Part shown: piece by piece, positions 24,639 through 37,869 of the stretch
Layout: every line of letters begins with the position of its first letter
Numbering within the stretch: position 1 is the stretch's first letter
Assembly: GCF_018350175.1 (NCBI RefSeq)
Contig: NC_058368.1
Span: 90,770,001 to 90,834,000, forward strand
Reading direction: 5' to 3'
Length of the DNA stretch: 64,000 nt
Source: Felis catus
Taxonomy: Eukaryota
Translations under genes and position numbers: made by a program
Notes under the pieces: generated by a model
Databases searched by the model: none
Told to the model about the DNA's origin: nothing
What the model saw: the letters and a program-made list of their open reading frames with translations, nothing else

Positions 24639-25124
24639 CTGTTAACACCCAAGGTGGATAGGGGTGGATGAGGCCATCCAGCTTTCCTGGGTCCAGCAAC
24701 AGGGCCCACCCATGGCCTGGCTCACAGAAGGTTCTGGCGCCTCAGCCAGCAAGGCTGGTGTGTTGTTCTGGAATTGGGCAGCCCCGGGGATGTCACTGCC
24801 CAGAGAGGAAGCAGCAGCGTCATCTCCTGGGACCCTTCATGGCATCCCATCCTGCCCGCTGTGGGCACTCCCTGGAGATGCCCTTGGGCCCTCTGCCCCT
24901 GGGCCTGTAGCTCTAGGAGGGAGGGATGGCAGAGATTCCTGCTCATGTAGCCCTGGGAGCCACTCTGGGAGCAGGGGCTGTGCAGGACAGGAGGGGTGGA
25001 GGAAGCAGAACAGAGAGGTGCTGTCCTTGTGGGAGGGGACAGAGGCACAGTGTCCTGTTCTGTTCAACCCCCACCCCCCTACAGGTGGCATTTCCCTTGG
25101 CTCAGCTGGAAGAGAGCCTGCTTG

Positions 25125-25380
25125 GCCTTATTAAAACCGGGATACACCGTAAATGCTAATTCTCCACTCTTAACCCTCAGCGTGTGCGTTTATGGCGGAG
25201 GAAAACTCATTAGGGCCGAAGTGCTTCCCGGGCCGAGGAAGCACAGGGCTCATTAGGGAGGCTAAGTCCATCCTGGTGGTTTCTAATGAGCTGTGAAAAC
25301 CACTCAGGACCCGAAGAATTAGCAGAAAGGGTGTCTTTAAATTCCCAGAGGAGAGTTTATTGCCTAATTTTGGAGCCTGC
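25125..25380. promoter_or_regulatory. Homeodomain-site cluster, enhancer-like
   Basis: CTCATTAG at 25206 and 25249, CTAATGAG at 25283, TTTATGG, TTTATTG, CTAATT. Confidence 0.45.
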
Positions 25381-25964
25381 AGGCCAAGGCATTTCATGGA
25401 AGGGGGCTGGCAGACTGGGTCTTGCCTTTGGTGAATCTAAATTAGAGCCTTGGGGACAAAATTCTCCCATGGGGGAGGCACCATTTTCCTGGGTCTCCAA
25501 GACTCTTGGTTGGGGGAAAAGAGATGTAGTGGGTGCAGGCAGGGACCAGGCTGGGGGCCACCAGGTCCTCAGAACAAGGTGGGGTGCTTGGGCATTAGGT
25601 CTGCGGTTCTTGGGTGGGGACGTGAATGGTGGCCTCCAGGAGTCCAGACGGAGGCTGGCTGGCCAGACTGGGGCTCTGGCTAGCTCCTGGGTCAAGGACG
25701 CAGGTCCAGCAGGGAGGGGTCCTGAATGGAAGGATGTGAAGCTTGTGTCATTTTGAGATCCATCCCTGATGGGCGTAAGTGGGGAAACTCTCTAGCCAGT
25801 ATTGGGAAAGCCTGGTGCAACTGGGCCAGGGCTCCCACACTGGTGGCAGGGGTCGGTCCTCTGGAAACTTCTCAGCCCCCTGTCCTCTCTGAGGCTTCTT
25901 GCCCAGGGACATGCTCCTCACATGGGGCCTCTGGAGCTCCGGCTCCTGCTCCTGGCTTACTCAC

Positions 25965-26024
25965 CCCAGGTTGGAGAGGGCCTCTTGCTTAGAACGTCCA
26001 GGAAATATCCCAACCATCTTGTAA
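25965..26024 (-). pseudogene. Putative pseudo-exon (5' edge uncertain)
   Basis: GGG|GTGAGT donor; frame TRWLGYFLDVLSKRPSPTW ends in phase 1; weak acceptor. Confidence 0.25.
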
Positions 26025-26569
26025 CTGAGGCGGCTGGCCATGCCCACCTTGAGCTGGGAGCTGGGGCCACTCACACGGGTGACTCTCAAATGGAAGCCAA
26101 GGGGCCATGAGCACTGGTAGACCCAACCCAAAGTGATCCCTGAGCAGACACCCTCAAGGTCCTCCAGAACATCTGGTTCCCCCACCAAAAACTTACTGTA
26201 GGTGGGGTCCCTGGGGGATCCTCAGGATAACCAGGCATGTAGGGGGAGGGTCCCCTTTCCGGCAAGCAAGTAGCCACTTTCTAAATGCTCCTGCCCACAC
26301 TGCCTTACAGGGCAATGGTCTGTGTCCTTGGCCCTGGTCAGCATGGTCAGGTGTCCATGGATCAAGTGGCCCGAAGGCTGTGTGCTCCCCAGGTGTATGT
26401 GTGATAAGCGTGACTGGCTCGCCTCCAGCTCACAAACACGTCTTTGCTCTTGTGTCTAAGTTCGTGGGTTCTCCATGACATTTTACAGATTATAGACCCT
26501 CCGTGGAGCTTCGCCCTTTCCCGACACCTTTTGTTCTCTTGGCATGCCTGATAGGATGTTCTGCTATGT

Positions 26570-27425
26570 TTCCTTCTGCTCTCTGGATTGCTCCTTCTCA
26601 GACTAGCTTGCTGCTGCTTTCTCCTTGATGCAATCTTTAAACTGAGCCTCAGTCCTTGGCCCCCTTCCCTATCATGGCAAACCCTCTCAAGCAAAGCTTT
26701 CCAGCCCTGACTCCGAGCCCATTTGTAGACTAATATCCCTCAACTCTCCACCTCCAGCCTTGAGTTTTGGACTTGCCCACCTGACATCCCAAAGGATCCC
26801 AAACTTGAACTTGCTCTCCCCTTTCCCATCTGTTCCTCTTCCTATCTTCCCCATGAGGGGATTCTCCAGTGGCTCCATCTAGAGACCTGGGATAGACCTG
26901 TTCCTGCCAGCCCAGGGCTCAGTGTTACCATGTTCCCATGCTCTGCATAGGGGTCGTCCAAAGTAGACTTGCCTTGGGATGGGGCTTTCTGGGCACACCC
27001 CTCCTGGATCCTGTTATCTGAACTAGCACCTCTGAGGACCACTAAGGAGAGAGATTCTGAGTGCAAACAACTGGAACAGGAAAGAGGAGTCCAACGGGCT
27101 TGCTGGTTCTTGGTGCTCAAACAATGAAATACTGATTTCCGGTTTTCAGGTGCTGGCTCTTGCCCTTGGCCTTATCACAGAGGCCGAGAGGGCAAACCAG
27201 AGGGTCATCCTGGATACCTCTCTCCATCACTGGCCACATCCAAACAGTCCCCAAGTCCTGTTTATTTTACCTCTCAAATCCATCCTTTCTCTGCCTCTCC
27301 GCTACCAGCCTTCCGGGCCAGATCATCATAGTCTCTCTCGGAGTCTGCAGTGGCCTCTTCAATCCACTCTCTGCTCAGCAGTGAGCACAGTCCATGGCAC
27401 CTAATAGGTGCTCACTTAGCATTTA
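26570..27425 (+). mobile_element. L2 fragments with an internal ~300-bp unidentified (LTR-like) insert
   Basis: ttggacttgcccacctgacatcccaaagg; gtcatcctggatacctctctc; ggcacctaataggtgctca. Confidence 0.6.
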
Positions 27426-27459
27426 TACCTCAGAGGGACCAGAACTGCTCTCCGTGTTC

Positions 27460-27565
27460 AAGCCTGGAGCCTGCTTCAGATTCTGTGTCCTTTTCTCTCT
27501 GCCCCTCTCTTGCTCGCGCTCTGCCTCTCTCTGTTTCTCATAAATAAATAAATGTTAAAAAGAAA
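27460..27565 (+). mobile_element. 5'-truncated Can-SINE
   Basis: agcctggagcctgcttcagattctgtgtc...aaataaataaatgttaaaaa. Confidence 0.9.
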
Positions 27566-27699
27566 CAGAGAAGAGCTACTGGTTTGTCAGAGCAGGTAGG
27601 AATCACAGTAAGAACGCTTAGTGCGTCACCCACAGGTCTACCAAGTATGTGGTTGTTGGTTGGGATTATTTCTGCACATGTCTTGTCCTGTGCTTTCTT

Positions 27700-28568
27700 T
27701 CTTTTTTAAACTTTTGATATCTAAATAATTCACAGGAAGTTGCAAAAATTGTATATGGAGTCCCTCATAGGCTTGCCCCATGGTGACATCTTACATAACT
27801 GCAGTGCGGTATAAATATCCAGGAAGCTGATGTTGGTGTAATACTGTTAACAGACTACAGATCCTGGCTTTTACCATGTTTCAACTTGCAATCATGTGTG
27901 TGTGAATGTGTAAATGTGTGAGTGTGTGTGTGTGTATGTGTGTGTGTGTGTGTGTGTAGTTCTGTGCAATTCTATCCCATGTAGAGATTCAGTAACCACC
28001 ACCACAGTCAGGAAGCAGGACTTTGAGATGCCAGTAGCTGTATTCTTGGGCATACAAACAAGTCACTAGGAAGAAATTTGCTTCATGTTAACTTACTAAG
28101 AAAAGACTACCAGCTACAGAGTTCATGCAAATGAAGACTGGTTCCCATGGAAGAGATGCCTTATTAAAATAATGGCCAAGTTTGCCCGGGAATGAAATAC
28201 TCATTTTCGTGTTGTTTTTCAGATAATATTCTCTTCCTTTAGGTACATCTGTGATGCATATCTAGAATGTATGTATGAAAGAGAAAAAGATACATGGTAA
28301 AAGAGCTGTGTACTTATTGTAGGGGAAAATACCTTATCAAAGGAATGATAACAGCAGATACCCTAATAGTGGTTACTATGTATTCAGGTACAATAGACCT
28401 TAAAAAAATCCGTTGTCACAAATGAACTCCCCTGTGTCACCTCTTTGTCGTCACACCCCTCTTCCCCTCTCCCTGTCTCTGTCCCCAAGCAAATACTTAG
28501 CTGTCCTCTATCTCTACAGTTCTGTCATTTTTTTAATGTTTATTTTATTTGTTTATTTATTTTTTTTT

Positions 28569-28616
<48 letters not shown>

Positions 28617-29370
28617 TGAGCGGAGCAGGGGCAGAGAGAGAGGGAGACACAGAATCTGAAGGAGGCTCCAGGTTCTGAGCTGTCAGCACACAGCCTGACA
28701 TGGGGCTCCAACTCACCAACTGTGAGATCATGACCTGAGCCAAAGTCGGAGGCTTAACAGACTGAGCCACCCAGGAGCCCCTACAGTTCTGTCATTTTTG
28801 AGAATGTGATATAAATGGAAACATAAAGTATGAACTCTGTGACATTGACTTTTCCCCCATTAAGTCTAATTTCCTTGAAATCCATCAGGTTGTTGCATGT
28901 ATCAATAGTTTATTCCTTTTTATTGCTCACTAGTGTTCCATGGTATGGACATTCCAGAGTTTGTTCATCATTAAAGAGTAGAGGTTTCATGAATATTCAT
29001 GTACAGGTTTTGGTGTGACTATATCAGTTTTCATTTCTCAGGATTAAAAGTCCAAGAGTGCAAGGGCCAGGTTGTGTGCTAAGCGCGCGTTTACTTTCGT
29101 GAGAAACTGACAGACACATTTTCCAGAGTGACAGCACCATTTTCCATTCTCACCAGTGATGAATGACAGATGTCTGCATTCTTGCTACCATTTGGTATTA
29201 TCACTATTTTTTTCCCCTGTAGTTGTCTTCATAGGTGTGTAATAATATCTCATTCTGGTTTTAATTTGCGTTTTCTAGTGGCTACTGAACAGTCTTTTCA
29301 TGCGTTTATTTGCCATCTCTACCTTTGGTGAAATATCTGTTCATGTCTTTTGCCCATGTTGTAATTGACA
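27700..29370 (-). mobile_element. L1MC-like 3' end, interrupted
   Basis: ttcacaggaagttgcaaaaat...atggtgacatcttacataact; includes (TG)n 27895-27957. Confidence 0.8.
28533..28781 (-). mobile_element. Can-SINE
   Basis: Perfect 18-bp TSD tacagttctgtcattttt. Confidence 0.97.
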
Positions 29371-29399
29371 TATATATACATATGTATGTATATATATAC

Positions 29400-29575
29400 A
29401 TTTTTTAATGTTTATTTTTGAGGGGGGCGAGAGAGAGAGAGGGAGACACAGAATCTGAAGCAGGCTCCAGGCTCTGAGCTGTCAGCACAGAGCCCAACGC
29501 AGGGCTCAAACTTACAGACTGCTAGATCATGACCAGAGCTGGATGTTTAACTGACTGAGTCATCCAGTGCCGCCT
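29400..29575 (-). mobile_element. Can-SINE (internally deleted)
   Basis: Antisense SINE body. Confidence 0.9.
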
Positions 29576-29833
29576 GCTTTTTTTTTTTTTCTGTTGAAGG
29601 TTTTAACCTAGGAATATATAATGCAATTGGCCTACATGTAGGGGATCTGGAGGGTTGGGAAGTCTGGTCCCTGCCCCATTTGATCCTCTAGCTCAGTTTG
29701 CAAACTGGTAGCACATGAGTCTCATCCAGTTAACAGCATGCTTTATTTGACCTATGTGGTGTTCTTTTGAATCAAACGTATTTAAATATACTTTTAAGTG
29801 TAAGTTCAGTGAGCATATGTGCATATACACATA

Positions 29834-30253
29834 TGTGTCAAAACTCCAGAAATAGCAAAAATTGAACCACCAGATCAGTAAAATAGCAAGAGTTTATTGT
29901 CCATATAAGAACAGTTTGCAAACTGGGAGCCCTCAAGCCCTCAGTGGAATGAGGCCCAGAGGCATACTGTTATAGGACAGTCTATGCAGTGAAAATACAG
30001 AGGCTGTTTATTTTTCACGATGACTGGGTATAGCATGAGGGTTTCCTAGTGATAGGGGATCAGTTGAAAGTGGTTACCTCATGCCAGTTTTGGGTAACAG
30101 CTTAAATTTCATTTAGGATTTTCAGAGCCATTTCCAAGAAGCAGCCCATGAGGTTTTGCTTATTTAGTGGAATAAACCAAACTGGCTTAAATGGTTTCAT
30201 TTGGTCAGGGAATTTTCAAGTTTGGTCTTCATTTTGTATTTTACTTGTATTCA
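29834..30253 (-). mobile_element. Solo ERV1-type LTR
   Basis: TG...CA ends, antisense polyA signal (tttatt), near-TSD cata/tata. Confidence 0.6.
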
Positions 30254-30490
30254 TATATATTTGAATGTACATGTAAATATATATTATATCATTTTATATA
30301 TCATATATTTTATATATAATTGTATATATAACATATATGTATAAGTTATATATAATATACAATTTACATATAATTTATATTTACATAATATATTTATATA
30401 TAATATATGGTTTACATTTATATAATATAATTATATAATCATTATTATATATCTAATATATAATTTTATATATTTTTTATATATAAAAAC
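30254..30490. repeat. AT-rich low-complexity (TA)n-like tract
   Basis: Almost entirely A/T. Confidence 0.95.
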
Positions 30491-30559
30491 GCATGTAACC
30501 AAGAGAACATTTTCATCATCCCAGGAAGATCCCTGGTGCCATTTCCCAGTTGAACCCAC

Positions 30560-31255
30560 TAGGATTTCTGAACTACCAAACTATAAAGTAGTAACTTAGT
30601 GTTATTTTAAGCCAGTGTTTGTGGTAATTTGTTATAGCAGCCATAGAAAACCAAGATGGAACTCAAGATTCTTGTCCCCTGGTTACCTGCTCTGTGTAAA
30701 CCCCTCCTCTTAGGTGTGAGTGAGATTTGTGAGCATGATAGGCCATCCTTGATATGATTATGTAATGTTATATGGCAGAAAATATTTTGCAGATGTGATT
30801 AAGTGCTTTCATCAGTTGACTTTGGGTTAATCTAAAGGAAGATTACCCTTCGTTGGCCTGACCTTGAAAGAGGTCAGAGAGGTTCAAAGTGAAAGAGGTT
30901 CTCTTGTTGGCTGGAAGGAGTAAACTGTCATGTTGTGGATCACATGGCAGAGCATACCGAGTGGCCTTCAGGAACTAAAAAGCCTCACAGCTGCAGGGAC
31001 CTAAATTCCTCTATCACCCTGAATGAACTTAGAAATGGAGTCCAGGTTCCAAATGAGAATGCAGCCTGGTGGACACTTTGATTTTGTTAGCCTTTTGAGA
31101 TCCTAAGCAGAGAACCCAGGTACACCATGCTGCGGCTTCTGACCTGAAAACTCTGTGGAGTACACAATTATATGTGAAATAATAAAGCTGCATTGTTTTA
31201 AGCTGCTGATTTTAAGCTGTTAATTTATTATGCAGCAATAGAAAAACAATGCATT
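30560..31255 (+). mobile_element. MLT1 (MaLR) LTR(s)
   Basis: Two MLT1 3' termini (tttgtggtaatttgttatagcagccatagaaaac; taatttattatgcagcaatagaaaaac). Confidence 0.8.
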
Positions 31256-31761
31256 TCCCCATTGAATTGCCTTGGCACCTTTGTTGAAAATCGGTTGAGC
31301 ATATATATCTGGGTTTATTTCTGGTCTCTATTCTTTTCCATTGATCTGCTTGTCTATCTTTTCTACCCAAACTACTATCATTTGGATTACCATAGCTTTA
31401 TAGTAAGTCTTGAAAAATAGATACTAGAAGTCTTCCAGATTTGTTATTCTTTTTCAAGATTGTTTTGGCTATTTTAGGTTCTGTGCATTTTCACGTAAAT
31501 TTTAGAAGCAGCTTTACATATCTACCAAAAAATACTTGCTGGGCTTTTGAATACGAAGATCGATGTGGGGAGATTACACAGATTAACGATATCACGTCTT
31601 CTGATTCATGAACATGATACATATTTCCATTAAGTCTCCTTGAAGTTCTCTTGGCAGGGTTTTGTAATTTTCAGTGTGGAGGTCTTAGGCATAGTTTGTT
31701 AAATGTGTTTGTATGTATGTGATGTTTTTTTCATGCTGTTGTAAATAAAACATTTTTCATT

Positions 31762-31980
31762 AAAAAAATGTTTTTTAATGTTTATCTGAGAGAGAGAGAA
31801 AGACAGAGTGTGAGTCGGGGAGGGTCAGAAAGAGGGAGACACAGAATCTGAAGCAGGCTCCAGGCTCCAGGCTCCAAGCTGTCAGCGCAGAGCCTGATGC
31901 AGGGCTTGAACTCACGAACTGTGAGATCATGACCTGAGCTGAAGTTGGACACTCAACCGACTGAGCCACCCAAGCCCCCC
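31762..31980 (-). mobile_element. Can-SINE
   Basis: TSD aacattttt(c/a)att. Confidence 0.94.
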
Positions 31981-32316
31981 AGAACATTTTTAATTTTTTA
32001 TATTCCAATTTTTTACTGCTAGTGTATAGAAATGCAGTTCTTTTTGTTTTAACCTTGTATCTATGAATTTCCTAAATTCATTTATTAACTAGTAGTTTTG
32101 GGAAAATTCTTTAGGATCATCTACATAGACAATCATGTTTTCTATGAATGAAGGCAGCTTTATTGACTTCCTTCCAATGTTTTTGCCTTATATTTATTTT
32201 TCATGTTTTAATGAAGTATACAGGACCTCCAGCATAATGTTCAATAGGCTTTATGACAGAGGACAGCATTTGGTATATCACCACTTCATATGATAGGACT
32301 TATACTTTTTTCATAA

Positions 32317-32319
<3 letters not shown>

Positions 32320-32347
<28 letters not shown>

Positions 32348-32553
32348 TTTTAATGTTTACTTTTGAGAGAGAGAGAGAGACAGAGAGACATACACACACA
32401 CACACATACAGAGAGGGAGACTGGAATCCGAAGCAGGCTCCAGGCTCTGGGCTGTCAGCACAGAGCCCAATGTGGAACTTAAACTCATGAACTGTGAGAT
32501 CATGACCTGAGCTGTAGTTGGACATTCAACTGACTGAGCCATCCAGGTGCCCC
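32320..32553 (-). mobile_element. Can-SINE
   Basis: Antisense SINE with (TTA)n tail and (CA)n. Confidence 0.93.
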
Positions 32554-32881
32554 CCCCCCCACAAATTTTTAAATTAAGTTGAGGAATTTTACTTATATTC
32601 CTAGTTTACTGGGAATTTTTGTCTTGAACTGATATTAAGTGTTGTCAAATTCTTTTCCTGCATCTATTAAAATGACTGTGTGATTTTCTCATTAATTTCA
32701 TTATTGCTATGAATTATAAATTGGTTTTTGAATGTTGAGCTTAGATAGAATCCACTTGGCCGTGATTTTATTGTCATTTTTACATATTGCAGTGTTCTCT
32801 TTATTGATATTTTGTTGAGGAATTTTGCATCTATGTGTGTATGATTGGTAGTATTAAGTATTTGATAGAACTCACCAGTGA

Positions 32882-33092
32882 GGGGTACTTGGGTGGCTCA
32901 GTCGGTTAAGCCTCCGACTCTTGATTTTGGCTTAAGTCATGATCTCACAGTTCGTGGGATCGAGCCCCTTGTTGAACTCTGTGCTGGCAGTGTAGAGCCT
33001 GCTTGGGATTCTCTCTCTCCCTCTATCTCTCTGCGCCTTCCCGTTCACACACTCTCTCTTTCAAAATAAATAAGTAAACATTAAAAAAAAAA
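32882..33092 (+). mobile_element. Can-SINE
   Basis: Perfect 15-bp TSD agaactcaccagtga. Confidence 0.97.
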
Positions 33093-33171
33093 AGAACTCA
33101 CCAGTGAAATTATTTAGGCCTGCAGTTTTCTTTGTGGGGAGTTTGGTTATCATTATGTAATAGATTTAGGT

Positions 33172-33670
33172 TGTGGTGGATGGTCTGCAAAGCTGGATGC
33201 CATCCACTGCTTCCTTTTCTGTGTGCATGCTTCTACATGGATGTCCCTCCCTTGTTGCTGGGGTGGCCTTGAGACTTGCTTTGAAAAATGGAATATGAGA
33301 AAATGATGCTGGGTCAGTTCTAGATCTATCCCTTATAAGTCCCGGCAGCTCCTGCTTTCCTTCTTAAAGCCAGCTACTGTGTAAAAAATATAACTACTCT
33401 GAGACCACATTGCTCAGAGGAAGCTGAAGTAGAGAGATCATCTGGAGGAACACTGAGGTACCAGACATGTGAGTAATGCATTCTTGGAACTTCCAGCTTG
33501 GCCCAGCTGCCAGCTGAAAGCAGCAGAGTGAGTCATCCCAGCCAACACCATTTGGAGAAGAACCACCCAGCTGAAGTCAATTAGCTTAGCAACAACAAAA
33601 TGATTGCTATTTTTGTTATTTTAATTTACTAAGTTTTGGAATTGGTTTTGAAGCAATAGGATACTGAAAA
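33172..33670 (+). mobile_element. MLT1 (F/G/H-like) LTR
   Basis: tgtggtgga...gggtggccttgagacttgctttga...aagaaccacccagctgaag...ctaagttttgga. Confidence 0.8.
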
Positions 33671-34455
33671 GTAGGGCTATTCATGTTTTCTCTTTTTTCT
33701 TGTGTCATTTTTGGGATATTTTGTGTCTCGAGGAATTTGTCTATTTCGTCTAAATTGTTGAACTTATTGTCACAAAATTTTTTATAATATTTCCTTATTT
33801 TTAAAATATCTGTCAGATCTCTAGTGATATCTTCTCTTCTATTTCAGATGTTTTGTAATTTGTGCCCTTTTTTCGTGATCAGTCCTCCTGATCAAGCAAT
33901 TGTTTGGGTGTTTTGTAATTTTATTAATCACTCCAAAGAGCTATTTTTGGCTTTGTTATTTTTCTCTGTTTATTTGCTTGTTTTATATTTAATTAATTTT
34001 GGTTCTTTATTATTTCTTTCCTTCTACATACATGGAATTAATATATTCTTCCTTCTTAAACTGCTAAGATGTAATTTGAACTATTGATTTTTAATCTATG
34101 CTTTTTTCTATCTAGATTTCTATTTAGATTATGAATTTTCTTCTAGATACTGCTTTAATTGAATTTCATAAAATTTGTCATTTTTTATTATCATTCAGTG
34201 AAAATATTTTCTAATTTTGCTATTTCATCTTTGTCATATGACTTTTTTTAGAAGTATGTTGTTTGGTTTCCAAATATTTGGGGTCATTTTCTAGATATCT
34301 TATTGTTCTTGACTTTTCACCTAATTCCACTGTGTTCAGGAAACGTACCTTATAAGATTTTAATCTTTTGGAATTTTTTGAGACTTATTTTATGGCCCAG
34401 TGTATGGTCTGTTTGGTGAGAATTCATGTGTGCGTGAAAAAAAAATGTGTATTTT

Positions 34456-34648
34456 GGGGACTCCTGGGTGGCTGAGTCAGTTGAGTGTCTGACTCTTGAT
34501 TTCTGCTCAGGTCATGATCTCACGCTTCATGGTCTCAAGCCCCACATCGGGCTCTATGCTGATGGAACAGAGGCTGCTTGAGATTCTCTCTCTCCCTCTT
34601 TTCCCCCCTCCCCCATTCTCTCTCTTTCTCAAAATAAGAAAAAAAAAA
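34456..34648 (+). mobile_element. Can-SINE
   Basis: TSD atgtgtattttg. Confidence 0.93.
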
Positions 34649-35861
34649 GGCTTACATGTGTATTTTGAAGTTGTTCATTGAGATAGTCTGAAAATGTCAA
34701 TTAAAGATTGTTGATAGTGTTGTTCGGATCTTTTATATACTTACTGATTTTTTATTTCCTTATTCTGTAAATTACTGAGGTAGGGATGTTAAAATCTCCA
34801 GTTATGACATGGGAATTGTCCAATTCTCTCTTTCCTTTAGTCAGTTTTGCTTTATGAATTTTGAAGCTCAGTTATTAGGTGCAAACTATGTTAATTTTTT
34901 TGTGTGAGATTTCTTGTTGAGTTAATCTTTTTGTCATTATTCAACATTCCCCTTTATCTGTGGAAATATTCTTTGCCTTGTAGTGTACTTTGTCTTATTT
35001 TAATATAGCCATAGCAGCTTTCTTATTTGTTGCTATTTTCATTTTTTGCCATCCTTTTACTTTCAATCTATCTGTGTATTTATATTTGCACTTTCATATA
35101 GTTGAGCATTGCTTTTTAAAAAAAATCTATTTTCAAAAAGAAATAAAAGTAAAAAATCTATTCTGACAATCATTTCCTTTTAATTGGAGTGTCTGCTCAT
35201 TTATATGAAATTATTGATATAGTGGGTTTTAAGTTAAATATCTAGTTATTTGTTTTATATTTGTCCCATCTGCTTTGGGTTCCTATTCTTCTTTTGTAGG
35301 CTTCTTTTGGATTAATTCAATATATTTAATTCTTTTTTTAAATCTCCTCTATTGGCATCTAAGCTATTCCTCTTCTATTTTTATTTTTAGTAGTTTTAGA
35401 CATTACAGTATGTATTTTTAATGTATCACAGTATACTTACAATTAATGTTGGTTCATTTCACACGTTATTATTTACACTTCACAAATATAAGAAACTAAT
35501 AACCTAATAACAGAATAACTTCATTTTCCTCTCCATTCTTTGTACTATTGCCATAATTTTAATGATGTATATTATAAACCTCAATTTGTAATGCTGTCAC
35601 TTTTGCTTTGAATGGACATTTGTTTTTTTAAGGAAATTAAGGGAAAACCTAGTGTTTTAAATGTACATGTTTATCCTTTCCAGTGCTTGTCATTCCTTTC
35701 TGTAGATCTGTGTTTCCATCTGGTGTCATTTATATTCAGCCTAAGAGCTCTCTTTAGTATTTCTTTCTTTCTTTTCTTTTTAGTATTTCTTATAGTGCAG
35801 TTCTGCTGGCAACCAGTTCTTTCAACTTTTGTTAATCTGAAATGTCTTCATTTTATCCTTA

Positions 35862-36319
35862 TTTTTTTTTAATGTTTATTTATTTTTGAGAGAGAGAGAC
35901 AGAGAGAGAGAGACAGAGTGTGAGCGGGGGGAGGAGCAGACCGAGAGGAAGACACAGAATCTGAAGCAGGCCCCAGGCTCCAAGCTGTCAGCATATAGCT
36001 GGACGGGGGGCTCGAACTCATGAATGGCAAGATCATGACCTGAGCCAAAGTCAGACACCTAACTGACTGAGTCACCCAGGCGCCCCAACCCTCATTTCAT
36101 TATTTTTTAAAATAAATTAAAAAAAATGTATTCTTTTAATTGTTTATTTATTTTTCAGAGAGAGAGAGAGACAGAGCATGAGTTGGGGAGGGGCAGAGAG
36201 GGAGACACAGAATCTGAAGCAGGCTCCAGGCTCCAAGCTGGGGCTTGAATTCACAAACCACTAGATTATGACCTGAGCTGAAGTCCGATGCTCAATCAAC
36301 TGAGCCACCCAGGTGCCCC
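35862..36319 (-). mobile_element. Two abutting Can-SINEs (35862-36086, ~36100-36319)
   Basis: Two heads; aaccctcattt repeated. Confidence 0.93.
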
Positions 36320-36779
36320 AGCTAACCCTCATTTTAAAAGAATATTTCTGTCAGATATAAAATTCTTAGATTACAGTTTTCTTTCTTTCTTCATTTTGAT
36401 GCTGTTCTGTGATCTTCTGGTCTCCATTGTTTCTAATGAGTAGACTGTTGTCATTTGCATCATTTCTCCCCTGTATTTATTTTGTCATTTTGCTCTCATT
36501 GCTTTAAAAGTTTCTCTTCACCTTTAGTTTCTAGCAGTTTGATTATAATGTTCTTACTTGTGGTTTTTTCATTGTATTTATACTGCTTGGGGGCTTATTT
36601 GATTTTGGGGTTGGTAGGTTCATGTATTTCACTACATTTGGAAAAATTTCAATTATTTTTTAAAAAATTGTTTCTTTCTCATTTTCTCTCTGCTTTACTC
36701 TGAGACTTGAATGAGACTTTTAATGACTACTTAATGTTGTGCTACAGGTCACTGAGACTCTATTCATGTTTAGAAAAAT

Positions 36780-37114
36780 GTTTTAAACTTTTTTTTTGTA
36801 TTTTTTAAATTTTAAGTAAGCTCCATGCCCAATGTGGGGCTTGAACTCAGGACTCCAAGATGAAGAGTCACATGCTTTACCAACTGAGCCAGGCAGGCAC
36901 CCCATGTTTTAATTTTTTTTACATTTATTTATTTTTGAGAGACAGAACACAAGTGGGGGAGGGGCAGACAGAGAATGAGACATAGAATCCAAAGCAGGCT
37001 CCAGGCTCCGAGCTGTCAGCACAGAGCTTGATGCAGGGCTTGAACTCACAAACCATGAGATCATGACCTGAGCCGAAGTTGGATGCTTAACAAATTGAGC
37101 CACCTAGGCACCCC
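36780..37114 (-). mobile_element. Short older-type Can-SINE (36780-36903) plus SINEC_Fc (36906-37114)
   Basis: Two heads; tgttttaattttt flanks. Confidence 0.9.
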
Positions 37115-37319
37115 ACCGTGTTTTAATTTTTTAAATATCTTTTTTGCAGAATGGAAATTTTCATGAATTCATCTATAGTTTATTGGTTCTTTCCCTTGAC
37201 ACTTTAAATTTGCTTTTAAGCCGATCTAGTAAATTTTTTTATTTCTGATATTTTCTTTTCAGTTCTAGAATTTCCATTTTTCCTTTTCATAATTTCTATT
37301 TCTCTGCTTATATTTTTCT

Positions 37320-37344
37320 TTTTAAAAAATGTTTATTTATTTAT

Positions 37345-37385
<41 letters not shown>

Positions 37386-37517
37386 CCCAAGCAGTCTCCA
37401 TGCTCAGCATGGGGCCTGATGCAGGGTTCGATATCACAACTGTGAGATCTTGTGAGATCATGACCTCAGCCCAAATCAAGAGACAGATACTTAGCCAACT
37501 GAGCCACCCAGGCCCCC
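37320..37517 (-). mobile_element. Can-SINE
   Basis: TSD ctctgctta(t/c)atttttc. Confidence 0.94.
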
Positions 37518-37869
37518 CTCTGCTTACATTTTTCATCTGTTCACTCATTAGGACCATATTTTTCTCTAGACTCTTTAACATGTTTCTAATAGCTCTTGAA
37601 AGTCCTTGTAGGCTGATTCTAACTTCTAGGTCATCTCAGGATCTGTTTCTATCAACTGCTTTGTTTCTTAATTATGAGTCATATTTTCCTGTTTCTTTGC
37701 ATGCCTAGCAATTTCTTATTGTATCTTGGACATTGCAAATTATACATTTTAAGGAATCTGGCTTATTTTTACTTCCCTTCAAGGGTTCTGAGGTTTATTT
37801 TTCTGGCAGACAATTTACTGGCAGTTCTTGATCCTGTTGAGGCTTGGTTTTAGGCGTTGCCAGGGCAGG

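Noticed and set aside
26890..27200. Minus-strand ORF 26842..27120 as a further exon
   Set aside because: Lies between two collinear L2 pieces and looks like an inserted old LTR.
30254..30490. Extreme AT-rich tract
   Set aside because: Degenerate (TA)n expansion inside an L1.
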